From the IMG/VR virus record IMGVR_UViG_3300046681_000151, positions 1 to 64,000 of that record: 64,000 bases of DNA. One strand, given 5' to 3'. A model generated the notes under the pieces. That model ran no database searches and had not been told where the DNA came from. It was given only the letters and a program-made list of their open reading frames with translations. Every line of letters begins with the position of its first letter. Within the stretch, counting starts at the first letter, position 1. Shown here piece by piece: positions 35,742-44,612 of this stretch. Position numbers and translations under genes: made by a program. Origin of the DNA: a virus (lineage: Duplodnaviria > Caudoviricetes).

Positions 35742-36191
35742 ATGCTGCGCGTCGTGTACGAAGCAACCGCCGACCTCGAACGACAGCGGCTCGTCGAGAT
35801 AATTGAGACCCGCGGCAGGGTGGCCGTCAAGCTCCGCGAAGGCGCCACGGCCGACGAATATCTTGCCCCCCTCAACGAGGAGCTCAAGAGGTTCGTCGAC
35901 CGGTGCAGCTGGTTCCAGATCTGGCGCGGCCAGATCATCAGCGCCGACTCGCCCGACAGCCCCCTCACCGTCCAGTTCGAACCGGACGGGCACGTCGACC
36001 ACGCCCAGGGCGTCAACATCCGGGAACTCGGCGGCGTCGTGCGCCTGCACGTCTGCCCCGAACTCACCGCTGGTGAACTCGCCAGGGCAGTCAACCGACC
36101 CATCGAACTCTTCCTCGCCGGCGGGCAGTGGTTCCAGCTGTGGGAAGGGGAGATCGTCACCATGGACTCTCCTGACAGCCGCGCCGCCTGA
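35742..36191 (+). CDS. hypothetical protein with internal duplication
   Basis: Two ...WFQ(I/L)W.G.I repeats; GGAGGG RBS. Confidence 0.7.
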   Translation: MLRVVYEATADLERQRLVEIIETRGRVAVKLREGATADEYLAPLNEELKRFVDRCSWFQIWRGQIISADSPDSPLTVQFEPDGHVDHAQGVNIRELGGVVRLHVCPELTAGELARAVNRPIELFLAGGQWFQLWEGEIVTMDSPDSRAA

Positions 36192-36215
36192 CGCGAACCA
36201 CGAAGTGGACACCGC

Positions 36216-37619
36216 ATGCCCGGATATATCGAAGATCGCTGGTACAAGAAGGACGCGAACGGCAAGCGCACCATCCCCACCGACCGAGTCGACCAAGGGA
36301 AGCGCTACAAGGTCGCCGGGGTCCCGGGCGTCCGGGACCGCAGCTTCGACAAGCTGCTTGGCGCGGAGGGCGCGAGGGCGTGGCTGGCCAAAGCCCAGCA
36401 CGAATCCACACGCGGCGAGTTCATTGATCCACGCGACGGCAACATCCTCCTGCGCGAGTACGTCGAGAAGCACTGGTGGCCCAACCAGAGCTACCCCGAC
36501 CCTGTCACCAGGAGCACCGTGCGGGGCAAAGTGTGGAACCACATCCTCACGCACCTCGGATCGAAGTCGCTCAACACGATCAAGACGCCGCAGCTGCGTG
36601 CCTGGCTGAAGACGCTCAACGCCCAGCTCGGGGCCGGCACTGTGAACGACGTGTGGGGCGCCCTGTCCGCCATCCTCCAGGCGGCCGTCGACGATGAACG
36701 GATCACCAAGAACTACTGCCGGTCACAGAAGACCGTCCGCCCGCCGAGCAGACCCGACCCCAGGGCGCAGGCCTGGTCACGAGACCGGGTTCTGCTGGTG
36801 CGTTCCGCCATCGACGAGCGCGTGCGTCTCGCGGTGGACCTCGGCGTCGGGGCCGGTCTTCGGCAGGGCGAGGTGTTCGGGCTTGCGGCCGAAGACGTCG
36901 ACATGGCCGCCCAGGTGATTCACGTGCAGAGGCAGATAAAGAAGGTCGGGTCGAAACTCGTCTTCGCCTTGCCGAAGGGCCGCAAAGCGCGCACCGTTCC
37001 CGTCCCCCCGCACCTACTGCTGCAGGTGAAGGAACACCTGGAGCGGTGGCCGGCACGGGCGGTGACACTGCCGTGGGGAGACCCTGCCGAAGAGGGCACC
37101 GAGAAGGAGCTGAAGGAGCGCGCGCCGCGGACGTTCAACCTGATGCTCACTGCAGCGCAGGGTGGGGCCTGGAGGCGGGACTACTTCAACGACAACTTCT
37201 GGAAGCCGGCCCTTGAGGCGGCCGGGCTGGCGGATCCGCCCGAGATGACGAAGCGGCCGATCGCCGGGAAGCCGGGCAGGTTCCGGACGGTGCGACGGTA
37301 TGCGGAGGACCGGGAGATGGGCTTCCACTCGCTGCGGCATACATTCGCGTCGGTGCAGCTGGACGCGCGCGAGTCGGTTGTGTCAGTCTCGAAGTGGCTG
37401 GGCCACGCAGATCCGTCGATCACGCTCCGGATCTACGCGCACATGATGCCCGAGGCTGACGGCCGGGGCCGGACTGCAATGCAGAATTGGTTCGAGGGGG
37501 GCACGAAAAAGATCTCCCCAGATGCTCCCCGGGACCTGGAAGCTTCAATTCCGCCCATGAGTTTGCCGCCCGGGGTTGCCGTTCAGGATGACGCGACCGA
37601 GCCACTGCCGGTGTCCTGA
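36216..37619 (+). CDS. int: tyrosine integrase
   Basis: GLRQGE, FHSLRH, LGH, IYAH catalytic motifs. Confidence 0.95.
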   Translation: MPGYIEDRWYKKDANGKRTIPTDRVDQGKRYKVAGVPGVRDRSFDKLLGAEGARAWLAKAQHESTRGEFIDPRDGNILLREYVEKHWWPNQSYPDPVTRSTVRGKVWNHILTHLGSKSLNTIKTPQLRAWLKTLNAQLGAGTVNDVWGALSAILQAAVDDERITKNYCRSQKTVRPPSRPDPRAQAWSRDRVLLVRSAIDERVRLAVDLGVGAGLRQGEVFGLAAEDVDMAAQVIHVQRQIKKVGSKLVFALPKGRKARTVPVPPHLLLQVKEHLERWPARAVTLPWGDPAEEGTEKELKERAPRTFNLMLTAAQGGAWRRDYFNDNFWKPALEAAGLADPPEMTKRPIAGKPGRFRTVRRYAEDREMGFHSLRHTFASVQLDARESVVSVSKWLGHADPSITLRIYAHMMPEADGRGRTAMQNWFEGGTKKISPDAPRDLEASIPPMSLPPGVAVQDDATEPLPVS

Positions 37620-37889
37620 CCAGCCACTTTGCCTCCAGCCGCCCGGCGTAACTCCGCTGCAGGCGGCTGGAGGTGGGGGATGCCGGTGACTGGTGGGGCG
37701 ATGTCCGTACAGATGGTGTTGTTCTGTCCCCTGCAAGACGCGTCACTTGGACGTTCTCTCCGGGGTGACCCCAGATCCCCTCCGAACAGGGAATCATTGG
37801 AGAACTTAGGAGAGCATTGCAGAGTGCAACCGCTCATCCTGACTCTCCCCGAGGGCTCCCCGCGGCACTTCCCTCCCCAGACGCTCCCC
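37514..37889. other. attP-like region with arm-type repeats
   Basis: CTCCCC-N4-GCTCCCC at 37514, 37845 and 37873 flanking a lower-GC core; hairpin 37631-37674. Confidence 0.6.
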
Positions 37890-37916
37890 GAAGTCGACCG
37901 ACCGTAAGGCCTCCCA

Positions 37917-38168
37917 TCAGGCCTCTTCCGACCCCGGCAGCAGGCCCAGCCGCCCGGGGGTGTACGCCTGCCCGCTCCGGGCCGCCAGCGCCTCCCGCCG
38001 CTTCTCCATATCGATGACGCACTCTCTGCATGCCCTGACGTCCTGCAGGCCGCCGGCCAACGGGCGGATCGTTTCGACGTGGGCCGTCGGCACGACGCCC
38101 TTCGATGGATGCCTGAAGCAGACCCCCGGCTCCCAGCGGTAGAGGGCGAGGAGTTCCTCGTCGTCCAT
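37917..38168 (-). CDS. hypothetical protein
   Basis: LY.W.PG.CFRHP...ACREC; AGGAG RBS. Confidence 0.65.
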   Translation of the reverse strand: MDDEELLALYRWEPGVCFRHPSKGVVPTAHVETIRPLAGGLQDVRACRECVIDMEKRREALAARSGQAYTPGRLGLLPGSEEA

Positions 38169-38437
38169 GTGCCGTCTCCTGATGCGGTGGGTGACTGATG
38201 GGTGAGTTGCAGGCACGTCGTTCCCTCTCTGCCCAACGAGAGCCGCAGGCCAGGGGTTGTTCACCCTTTCGGGCGAACATGCTTTCGATTTCCGGACACT
38301 ACATCGAGCCCTGCGGCATATGCCAGGTCACGCAGGGCTGATCATGCCTGCCGCACGCTGGGCTGCATATATGCACAAGACCGGAAGCGACAGTTTAGGT
38401 ACTGACACAAGATCGACTGGCCGAAACGGTTTACCGG

Positions 38438-38683
38438 GTGCCAGCCCGCCGCAACATCAGACCCGACTGGGTCCGCGCCCGCCAGATCGCCCTCGGCCGC
38501 CGCATCGCCGACCTCCGTCACGCCGCCGAACTCTCCCAGGAGCAGTTAGGGAACCTCGCCGGCGTAGAGCGAAGGACCGTGCAGCGGTATGAGAACGCGG
38601 TCACCGACCCGAGGTACGCGGATCTCCTGCTCATCGCGCACGCGCTGCGAGTCCACGTGACAGACCTCCTCGGGGGCAGCTGA
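38438..38683 (+). CDS. XRE-family HTH regulator
   Basis: LSQEQLGNLAGVERRTVQRYEN. Confidence 0.85.
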   Translation: MPARRNIRPDWVRARQIALGRRIADLRHAAELSQEQLGNLAGVERRTVQRYENAVTDPRYADLLLIAHALRVHVTDLLGGS

Positions 38684-38890
38684 ATAGGCAGCTCCGGCGG
38701 GGTCTGGGCCGGGCTATCAACTATTAGTCAACAGGTAAACCTGCGGTAAGGGAACCGTGCCCGATGCATATACCTGTGCGGAATCGGCGTACCCCATGTG
38801 AACATCTAGCCCACCGCGACCCTCTGGCCAGAGCGTTCCGGTTCGCGCCCCGTGTGACCCGGCCGCCGCGCCGTCCACGGCGGCCGGGAG

Positions 38891-39121
38891 TCAGCGCGGC
38901 ATCTGCCGGTACGTCTCGTCGCCTGTCGCCTGGTAGGCCCGCCACAGCTTCCCCGCGGTGTCGCAGGCGCCGTGGTCGATGTCGCGGCAGTTGTCGCAGC
39001 CGGTGGCGTGGGTGACGTAGGCGCTGTAGGCCTGCTGGAGTGGGCTGAGTTCGCCGGCGCCGGAGGTTATGACGGGCGGCCGGGTTACCGGCTCGGGTGG
39101 TCCGTCTCTACGCTCTTCCAT
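38891..39121 (-). CDS. small Cys/His protein
   Basis: H...C..C.......C..A..L motif. Confidence 0.6.
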   Translation of the reverse strand: MEERRDGPPEPVTRPPVITSGAGELSPLQQAYSAYVTHATGCDNCRDIDHGACDTAGKLWRAYQATGDETYRQMPR

Positions 39122-39282
39122 GGCGGCGCTCCACGTCGGTGTCGTCCATGCCCCCGGGCCGGTCACACGGTCGCGGGGGTCTCTGACTTTGCAGGCTAGC
39201 CCGACTTGTATCGCTCTGTCTCGCGACGTCTCGATACGTAGCCCGAGATGCTGACCTGTTGCACCCTGTCTAGCTTCGGATC

Positions 39283-39546
39283 ATGGCCGTAGATCCCGAT
39301 GCGCAGATCGACCACGACGGGCCGGTGACCCCGTACCGGCAGCTCGCCGAGATCCTGAAGGCGCGGATCGCGCGCGGCGACTGGGGTCCGGGGCGTCCGA
39401 TCGCCTCGGAGACGCGGCTGGTGCAGGAGTACGGGATCGCCCGGAGTACGGTGCGGCGCGCCCTTGACGTGCTCGTCGAGGAGCAGGCCGTGTGGAAGGT
39501 GCAGGGGCGCGGGACGTATGTGGGGCCGCCGCCCGCCGAGGGGTGA
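39283..39546 (+). CDS. GntR-family winged-helix regulator
   Basis: PYRQLA...SETRL..EYGIARSTVRRAL...GRGTYV; leaderless TAGCTT-N6-ATG. Confidence 0.9.
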   Translation: MAVDPDAQIDHDGPVTPYRQLAEILKARIARGDWGPGRPIASETRLVQEYGIARSTVRRALDVLVEEQAVWKVQGRGTYVGPPPAEG

Positions 39547-39612
39547 CATGCCGAAGCCCCGCGCGATGGCGGGGCTGGGCCGATTCGCGTGGCCCCGAGA
39601 GGCCCTGGCTAT

Positions 39613-39789
39613 CTATTCGTCGTCAGTGAGTTCACCAGTTTCCGAGTCGCGGGGACAGTCGCAACCGCAGGGACCGTGCTGGCTGGCGCAGTGGCAGTGA
39701 CAGCCGGACTCCCCACAGGGCTCGGGCTTATCTTCGTAGCGGTCCTCCTCGTTGCCGTCGGGGGCGTCGAGGCTCTGGATGTCGGTCAT
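39613..39789 (-). CDS. 58-aa acidic Cys/His-rich protein
   Basis: Hand-translated: ...PCGESGCHCHCASQHGPCGCDCPRD...; GGAG RBS. Confidence 0.55.
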   Translation of the reverse strand: MTDIQSLDAPDGNEEDRYEDKPEPCGESGCHCHCASQHGPCGCDCPRDSETGELTDDE

Positions 39790-39896
39790 ATCTGTTCTCC
39801 GTCATTGAGGGCGGCGGGCGGCTGCATCACGTAGCGCCTTCGAAGTCGGCGAGGCCTCGAAGCACGTCCACCTGGCGGGGCTCGGCAAGGTGCGGC

Positions 39897-40499
39897 TCAG
39901 GCGAGGGTGAGGCCTCCCTCCGAAAGGACGTGTCCGTAGAAGCGGACATCGAAGTAGTCGGTGAGCAGGTCGGACCCGTTGTGGTTGTAGGCGTCCATGA
40001 TCTGGCGCAGCTCGGCGGCGACCGCCTTGAGTGCGGGGCTGCCGAACTTGCCCCGCTCGCGGCCATTGTCGCGCTCGACCCACCAGTTGTCGGGGATGTT
40101 CTTGATAGTGATGTCGAGGGCGCACCCTCCGGAGAAGCGGCTGACGCGGACGCCGAACTTGATCTGTGCGGGGGCATTGCCGAGGGCGTCGACGATGGCG
40201 AGCGAGCCGGGCTCGGCGGTCTGCTGCGCGACCTTCCGGGCGAGCTTGATGTCCGCACGGACGAGCTTCGCAATGTCGGCGATATCCATGCGCCCGCTGT
40301 GGTCGTACTTGGCGCCGTAGGAGCGTCGGTCGATGTAACCGCCCTCCCTGACCTGCACGCCTTCGCTGCCAGCCTTGGCGACAACGCGCTGGAGCATGCG
40401 ACGAGCGGCGTCACGCTCGGCCTCCCCGGTGCGCGGGTGGTTGATGAGCGCATTCAGGAGCTTGATCTTCTTCTGAGCCTTCGCCGCCACTGCGTTCAT
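39897..40499 (-). CDS. LPD29-like (polyvalent-protein-associated) protein
   Basis: IAKLVRADIK...KF.VR..RFSGG..LDITI...YN..GSD..TDYFDV.F. Confidence 0.55.
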   Translation of the reverse strand: MNAVAAKAQKKIKLLNALINHPRTGEAERDAARRMLQRVVAKAGSEGVQVREGGYIDRRSYGAKYDHSGRMDIADIAKLVRADIKLARKVAQQTAEPGSLAIVDALGNAPAQIKFGVRVSRFSGGCALDITIKNIPDNWWVERDNGRERGKFGSPALKAVAAELRQIMDAYNHNGSDLLTDYFDVRFYGHVLSEGGLTLA

Positions 40500-40614
40500 T
40501 TCTTTCTCCCCTGCTCACCGCTTGTTTCTGTACCTACAGAATGCGCCCACGATGGACCCTTGTCAAGCCGTCCAGGCAGATGGATGCTAGTTTCTGTACC
40601 TACACATAGAGGGG

Positions 40615-40809
40615 GTGGCCGAAGTGGCCCGACCGGCAACAGGCGAGACGCCGAAGCACAACATCCGCGTGCCCGATCCACTCTGGGAGGCGGTCACGGC
40701 GAAAGCGAAGAACGAGGGGCGCACCATCACCGACGTCATCGTCGCCGCGCTCCATCGGTACGCGGCAACGCCCGCCAAGCAAGCCGAGCCGCCCGAACAG
40801 ACGCTCTGA
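40615..40809 (+). CDS. ribbon-helix-helix regulator
   Basis: TPKHNIRVPD.LW...EGRTITDVI. Confidence 0.75.
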   Translation: MAEVARPATGETPKHNIRVPDPLWEAVTAKAKNEGRTITDVIVAALHRYAATPAKQAEPPEQTL

Positions 40810-40834
40810 CAGTGGTCCTCGGTAAGATCAGACC

Positions 40835-41013
40835 ATGCCCCCACCCCGGGCTCCCTACGCCCTGCCGCTGTGGTGAATGAGGAGATCCGTGCCCTCGTCG
40901 CGCGGGCGGGCGGCTGGCTGTACGGGGAGACGCGGCAGCGGTATGAAGTGCTGCGGGATGAGTGGACGGTGGCTGTCGCGGCGGAACGGGACGGGCTGGT
41001 TGAGGCGGCGTGA
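40835..41013 (+). pseudogene. small gene with an apparent 1-bp frameshift in a C-run
   Basis: TAAGAT-N6-ATG(40835) is out of frame with VVNEEIRAL...VEAA (40870..41013). Confidence 0.45.
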
Positions 41014-41079
41014 CGTAGGACGCGCGAACAGATCCGGCTACTGATGAAGGCTGCGCGCGAGGAGTCGTAGGATCCACCG

Positions 41080-41277
41080 GTGACCATCGACTTCCCTCCG
41101 CACCTGCTCGACCTGGAGCGCGCCGCCTGGGCCGAGATCCAGCGCGGCGCCCTCACCGTGGCGACGGCGCAGGCCGTACACGAGGCCGTCAGTGAGTACG
41201 CGGCCGAGGCCGGGCTGCGGCGGATCGACGTCGAGCTTGGGCTGAAGCGGCAGGTGCGGGGCGAGGCGGCGGACTGA
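41080..41277 (+). CDS. hypothetical protein
   Basis: Leaderless TAGGAT-N6-GTG. Confidence 0.65.
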   Translation: MTIDFPPHLLDLERAAWAEIQRGALTVATAQAVHEAVSEYAAEAGLRRIDVELGLKRQVRGEAAD

Positions 41278-41280
41278 CGG

Positions 41281-41463
41281 CTACTCGTCGGCGCCTTCCA
41301 ACCCGCTCCACACTCGGTCGATCTCGAACGACGGGCACTCGCAGGGAAGGCCGTAAGAGTCGCGGCCCGAGCAAGGACCCTCCGCATGACGCCCCTCGGC
41401 GTGCATGCAGGTGCATATGAGGCCCGGCTTCAGACGGTCATCCTGCCCCGGCCGGAGCGTCAC
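41281..41463 (-). CDS. small Cys/His protein
   Basis: CTC.H...H...C...CEC..F; GTGA-coupled. Confidence 0.5.
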   Translation of the reverse strand: MTLRPGQDDRLKPGLICTCMHAEGRHAEGPCSGRDSYGLPCECPSFEIDRVWSGLEGADE

Positions 41464-41708
41464 GGCCGCCCCTGGTTGATGCGCTCGATGTCCTCGCCGG
41501 ACAGGTGGCGGCGCGCCTTCGGCGACACCCAGCCCGGCGACAGGACTGCGGGGACCTCGTCGGGGCGCGGGCGGCCGGCGGTCATCCCGCCGCCACGGCG
41601 CAGCGGAAGGGTGCGAGGGTAGGCCTGCCCCCACCACAGCACGTCGAAGCCCGCACGCAGGCCGTCGGTAAAGTCGCGGCAGTAGCGGCCAAGCAGGCGG
41701 ACGATCAC
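41460..41708 (-). CDS. hypothetical protein
   Basis: GGAGG RBS before GTG 41708. Confidence 0.45.
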   Translation of the reverse strand: MIVRLLGRYCRDFTDGLRAGFDVLWWGQAYPRTLPLRRGGGMTAGRPRPDEVPAVLSPGWVSPKARRHLSGEDIERINQGRP

Positions 41709-41797
41709 GGGGTCCTCCAAGTCGAACGCCCCGCACCCGAAGATCGGGGCGGGGCTCAACTCACGCAGCCAGCATGGGTTGGTTGATGCTGACCATG

Positions 41798-42019
41798 CTA
41801 CGGGGCGCCACTGACAACGCGGGGGCGCGACGACTGGGCGCCAAGCATGTCCTGCCAGTGCCGAGCGAGATCCCGTGCAGTCCACCCCGCCTTGGCCACC
41901 GCCGCCAGCCCCTCAGCGAACTGCGCTCCTCCGAACGGCGGGGCAGTGGAGGCCGACCGTGCATGACGGTCGAGCTGCCGCCGCGCGCGGTCGGCGCTCG
42001 GATACGGGCGGTGGGTCAC
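41798..42019 (-). CDS. hypothetical protein
   Basis: HRPYPS.DRARRQL motif; coupled. Confidence 0.5.
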   Translation of the reverse strand: MTHRPYPSADRARRQLDRHARSASTAPPFGGAQFAEGLAAVAKAGWTARDLARHWQDMLGAQSSRPRVVSGAP

Positions 42020-42201
42020 AGCTGCCCCCGGTAGAGGATGTCCAGCTCGTCGTCGAGTTCGGTGAGTTCCGGATGGTCCCCGAACAGCAGCACGTCCTGA
42101 ATCCCGTGCACCGCCTCCACAATCTGCTGCTGCAAGGCGAGCAGGCCCTTGAGTTGTTCGGTCATCTCTGCGGCGCGCTGGCTGAACTCGGGACGCTCCA
42201 T
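42016..42201 (-). CDS. hypothetical protein
   Basis: Leaderless CATCCT-N6-ATG. Confidence 0.55.
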   Translation of the reverse strand: MERPEFSQRAAEMTEQLKGLLALQQQIVEAVHGIQDVLLFGDHPELTELDDELDILYRGQL

Positions 42202-42252
42202 GGCGTCAGGATGGCAGACCGTCAGTCCTCGTCCGGCCAGGTCGCCAGCACG

Positions 42253-42429
42253 TCACCCGCTCCCTCGTCGAGCGGCACGATTCGAGCGCCTTGCGGCCTT
42301 GATGGCTCGGCTCCGTTCCTCCTCGCGCTCAAGGGTGCCCTCGACCTCGCGCAGACGCCGTCTGATGTACTCCGGGGTTTCTTTGAGCACCGCCTTGAAC
42401 ATCGCAACGAGCTGCTGCATAAGGGTCAT
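42253..42429 (-). CDS. 58-aa helical basic protein (MTLMQQLVAMFKAVLKETPEY...)
   Basis: Hand-translated; CATCCT-N6-ATG. Confidence 0.45.
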   Translation of the reverse strand: MTLMQQLVAMFKAVLKETPEYIRRRLREVEGTLEREEERSRAIKAARRSNRAARRGSG

Positions 42430-42516
42430 ACCCCCAGGATGCCAGCCGGCCCGACCGGGAACTCGGGCTCAGCGAGTACTAGGCGGCGGCCTCGCCCCGG
42501 CAGCGATGATGGGCGC

Positions 42517-42696
42517 ATGACGATCGCCATGAAGAGTTTCGCCCTCACCTGGACCGACACTGACGGCACCCACCGCGCGTCCGCCGTCGCCTACGACGAG
42601 CGCAGCGCCGAGCAGCGGCGAGATGAACTGGTGGCGGCGAAGGCGACGGACGTTGAAATCGTGCCGGTCAAGCCCGGGGAGCTGCCCGAGGAGTAA
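42517..42696 (+). CDS. small hypothetical protein
   Basis: MKSFALTWTD.DG..RAS.VAYD; followed by hairpins. Confidence 0.6.
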   Translation: MTIAMKSFALTWTDTDGTHRASAVAYDERSAEQRRDELVAAKATDVEIVPVKPGELPEE

Positions 42697-42849
42697 GACG
42701 CGAGAGCGCCCGACCGTCTGATACTCGGCCGGGCGCTCGGCCGAGTATGACAGAACGCGGCCGGGAAAACTCACGGGCGGTGGGGGAAGTCGAGCGACCG
42801 CCTCGACGGGGGGCGAGGCGGTCGTGGAGCCAGTGTGGCACGGGGCAGC

Positions 42850-43824
42850 TCAGCGCTGGGTGTTACCGGGCGCGAGCAGGCTCGTGAGTTCAGCGATGGC
42901 CTCGGGTGACGGCTTGAAGTACTTGCGGACGTTCTCCGGCTTCTTGTGCCGTGACTTCGCCATCAGCATCAGCAGCGAGGCGCCCTGTTCGCCCAGATGC
43001 GTCAGGGCGGAGTGCCGGTATTCGTGCAGGTCCCATCCTGTCCCAGGTCCGGCCGTCGCAGTGGCCTCGTCGAGCAGGGCTCGCGCCTGGCCGTAGGAGA
43101 CGCGGGCGAGCCCCGTGTCTGGGCAGGCGTCGCGCGGGCTGACGACCTTGCCGGGGCCGGGCTTGCGGTGCGTGGTGAACACGGGCCCCTGGTCGCGGCC
43201 CTTGAGTAGGCGCGGCAGGAGGCGCGCGGTACCGGCGTCCCAGTAGACGGGTTCGAGGACGAAGTCCTTGCGCTCCTCGCCGCGGCGGCGCGTCTTCGAC
43301 TTGGCGCCCTTCGCCTTCACCTGGCAGCGCCGCCCGGCGAGGTCGAGGTCCTCGATGTTGAGCGTGAGGAGTTCCTCGGCGCGGGCTGCGGTCTCGTACA
43401 GCATCCGCCACAGCGTCTTCTCGCGGAGGTGGATGTCGCGGCGGCCGAGGAGCCGGTCGATCTCCGGCTTTGAGTGGGCCGGGGTGTCGCTGTCGGGTGG
43501 GGCGAGGCGCTTGGCCCAGATGGGAACGGATGGCCCGTCGTACCCGCGCTCCCGGCACCAGGCGAGCCACGACTGAACGGCGGCACGGCGCGTGTTCCAG
43601 GTGTTGACGGCACCGCTCCCCCACAACTGCTCCAGGGCTTCGCCGATCTCGTCGTCGGCGACGGATCCGAGAGGGCGCGTCTCGCCGATGCGCTCGACGG
43701 TCTTGTCGACGCCGATGCCGTAGTTGCGGACCGTGTTGGGGTTGCCGAGCGAGTCGAGGAAGCGGTCCGCGGCGGTGCGGACGGTGAGTGCTTTTCCGGT
43801 GGGGAGCTGTACGACGGCGCCCAC
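42850..43824 (-). CDS. second tyrosine recombinase (resolvase/Xer-like)
   Basis: AGGAGG RBS; [22 protein letters not shown]. Confidence 0.9.
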   Translation of the reverse strand: MGAVVQLPTGKALTVRTAADRFLDSLGNPNTVRNYGIGVDKTVERIGETRPLGSVADDEIGEALEQLWGSGAVNTWNTRRAAVQSWLAWCRERGYDGPSVPIWAKRLAPPDSDTPAHSKPEIDRLLGRRDIHLREKTLWRMLYETAARAEELLTLNIEDLDLAGRRCQVKAKGAKSKTRRRGEERKDFVLEPVYWDAGTARLLPRLLKGRDQGPVFTTHRKPGPGKVVSPRDACPDTGLARVSYGQARALLDEATATAGPGTGWDLHEYRHSALTHLGEQGASLLMLMAKSRHKKPENVRKYFKPSPEAIAELTSLLAPGNTQR

Positions 43825-43835
43825 GATCCTCCTTG

Positions 43836-43928
43836 CTACAGATAACGGGGCCGCTTCGCGCATCAGCGGGGAGCCGTTCTCCCTGCTCACGTTCGGCCGT
43901 ACCACGGATAATAGGGCATTATCTGTAG
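43836..43928. other. res/dif-like recombination site
   Basis: CCACGGATAA-TAGGGCA-TTATCTGTAG plus an extra half-site CTACAGATAA at 43836. Confidence 0.65.
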
Positions 43929-43941
43929 TACCGTCACGGCC

Positions 43942-44196
43942 ATGCCCTACAACATGGATGCACTGCGCGAGGCCTCGGACCGGAGCGGGGTCCCCTTCGG
44001 CTACATCAAGCGGCTTGTTGCGGCCGAGGGGCCCGACCCTCAAGACCCTGACGGCAACAACGTCATGGCGAGGCAGCTCGCGGTGGTCTTTGATCACCAC
44101 CTGGCGAAGTGTTTCGCCGATGCCAACCCGATCGACGCCCTCCGCCAATTCGGATTCACGGAGACCGCCGACGCGCTTGCCGAGTGGGTGGCCTGA
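43942..44196 (+). CDS. hypothetical protein
   Basis: ORF followed by a terminator-like hairpin. Confidence 0.55.
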   Translation: MPYNMDALREASDRSGVPFGYIKRLVAAEGPDPQDPDGNNVMARQLAVVFDHHLAKCFADANPIDALRQFGFTETADALAEWVA

Positions 44197-44273
44197 CCCC
44201 GCGCACAGCGAAACGCCCCCGCCCTCCACGCCGCCAGATGGCAGCGAGAAGAACGGGGGCGCAGTCGTGTCGG

Positions 44274-44324
44274 TCAGAGGCAGACGGACAGGCTGACGAG
44301 CAGGTTGAGTACGAGCTGCAGCAT
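44274..44324 (-). CDS. 16-aa hydrophobic micropeptide [16 protein letters not shown]
   Basis: Strong SD GGGGAGGTGAT just upstream of the ATG. Confidence 0.45.
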   Translation of the reverse strand: MLQLVLNLLVSLSVCL

Positions 44325-44399
44325 CAGATCACCTCCCCACCACGCGAGGGGGCGGACAGGACAACCGGCCTGTTGGGGCGGCCGGTGGCTTAGGGCCCG

Positions 44400-44612
44400 T
44401 CAGTCGTCCTCCTCGAAGGGCGGCAGGTCGGGCGCCAGGAACGGGCTGATGCTCGGCGCGGGGATCGGCTGCGGGTCGAGGCGGCCCGCACGCTCCAGCG
44501 ACCTGGCATCGGCCGCCGTGTCGTCGCGGCGGGGAGTCCGCGGGGCCGGTTCAGCGGTGGGCACCGCGGCGGCGGACCGCCCGATGACGGCCGCGGGTAC
44601 TGCTCGGGGCAT
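44400..44612 (-). CDS. hypothetical protein
   Basis: AGGAGG RBS; common Streptomyces-phage lysis-end gene. Confidence 0.5.
   Translation of the reverse strand: MPRAVPAAVIGRSAAAVPTAEPAPRTPRRDDTAADARSLERAGRLDPQPIPAPSISPFLAPDLPPFEEDD

Noticed and set aside
37620-37840. tRNA or tmRNA fragment at the att site
   Set aside because: No T-loop (GTTCGA) or CCA-end pattern is recognisable.
40835-40876. Programmed frameshift or phase variation at the C-run after ATG 40835
   Set aside because: The run is only 5 C; a sequencing error or simple pseudogenisation is more likely.
42850-44400. Integron-like cassette array around the second recombinase
   Set aside because: I found no further copies of the GATAA-N7-TTATC site or attC-like repeats between the neighbouring genes.
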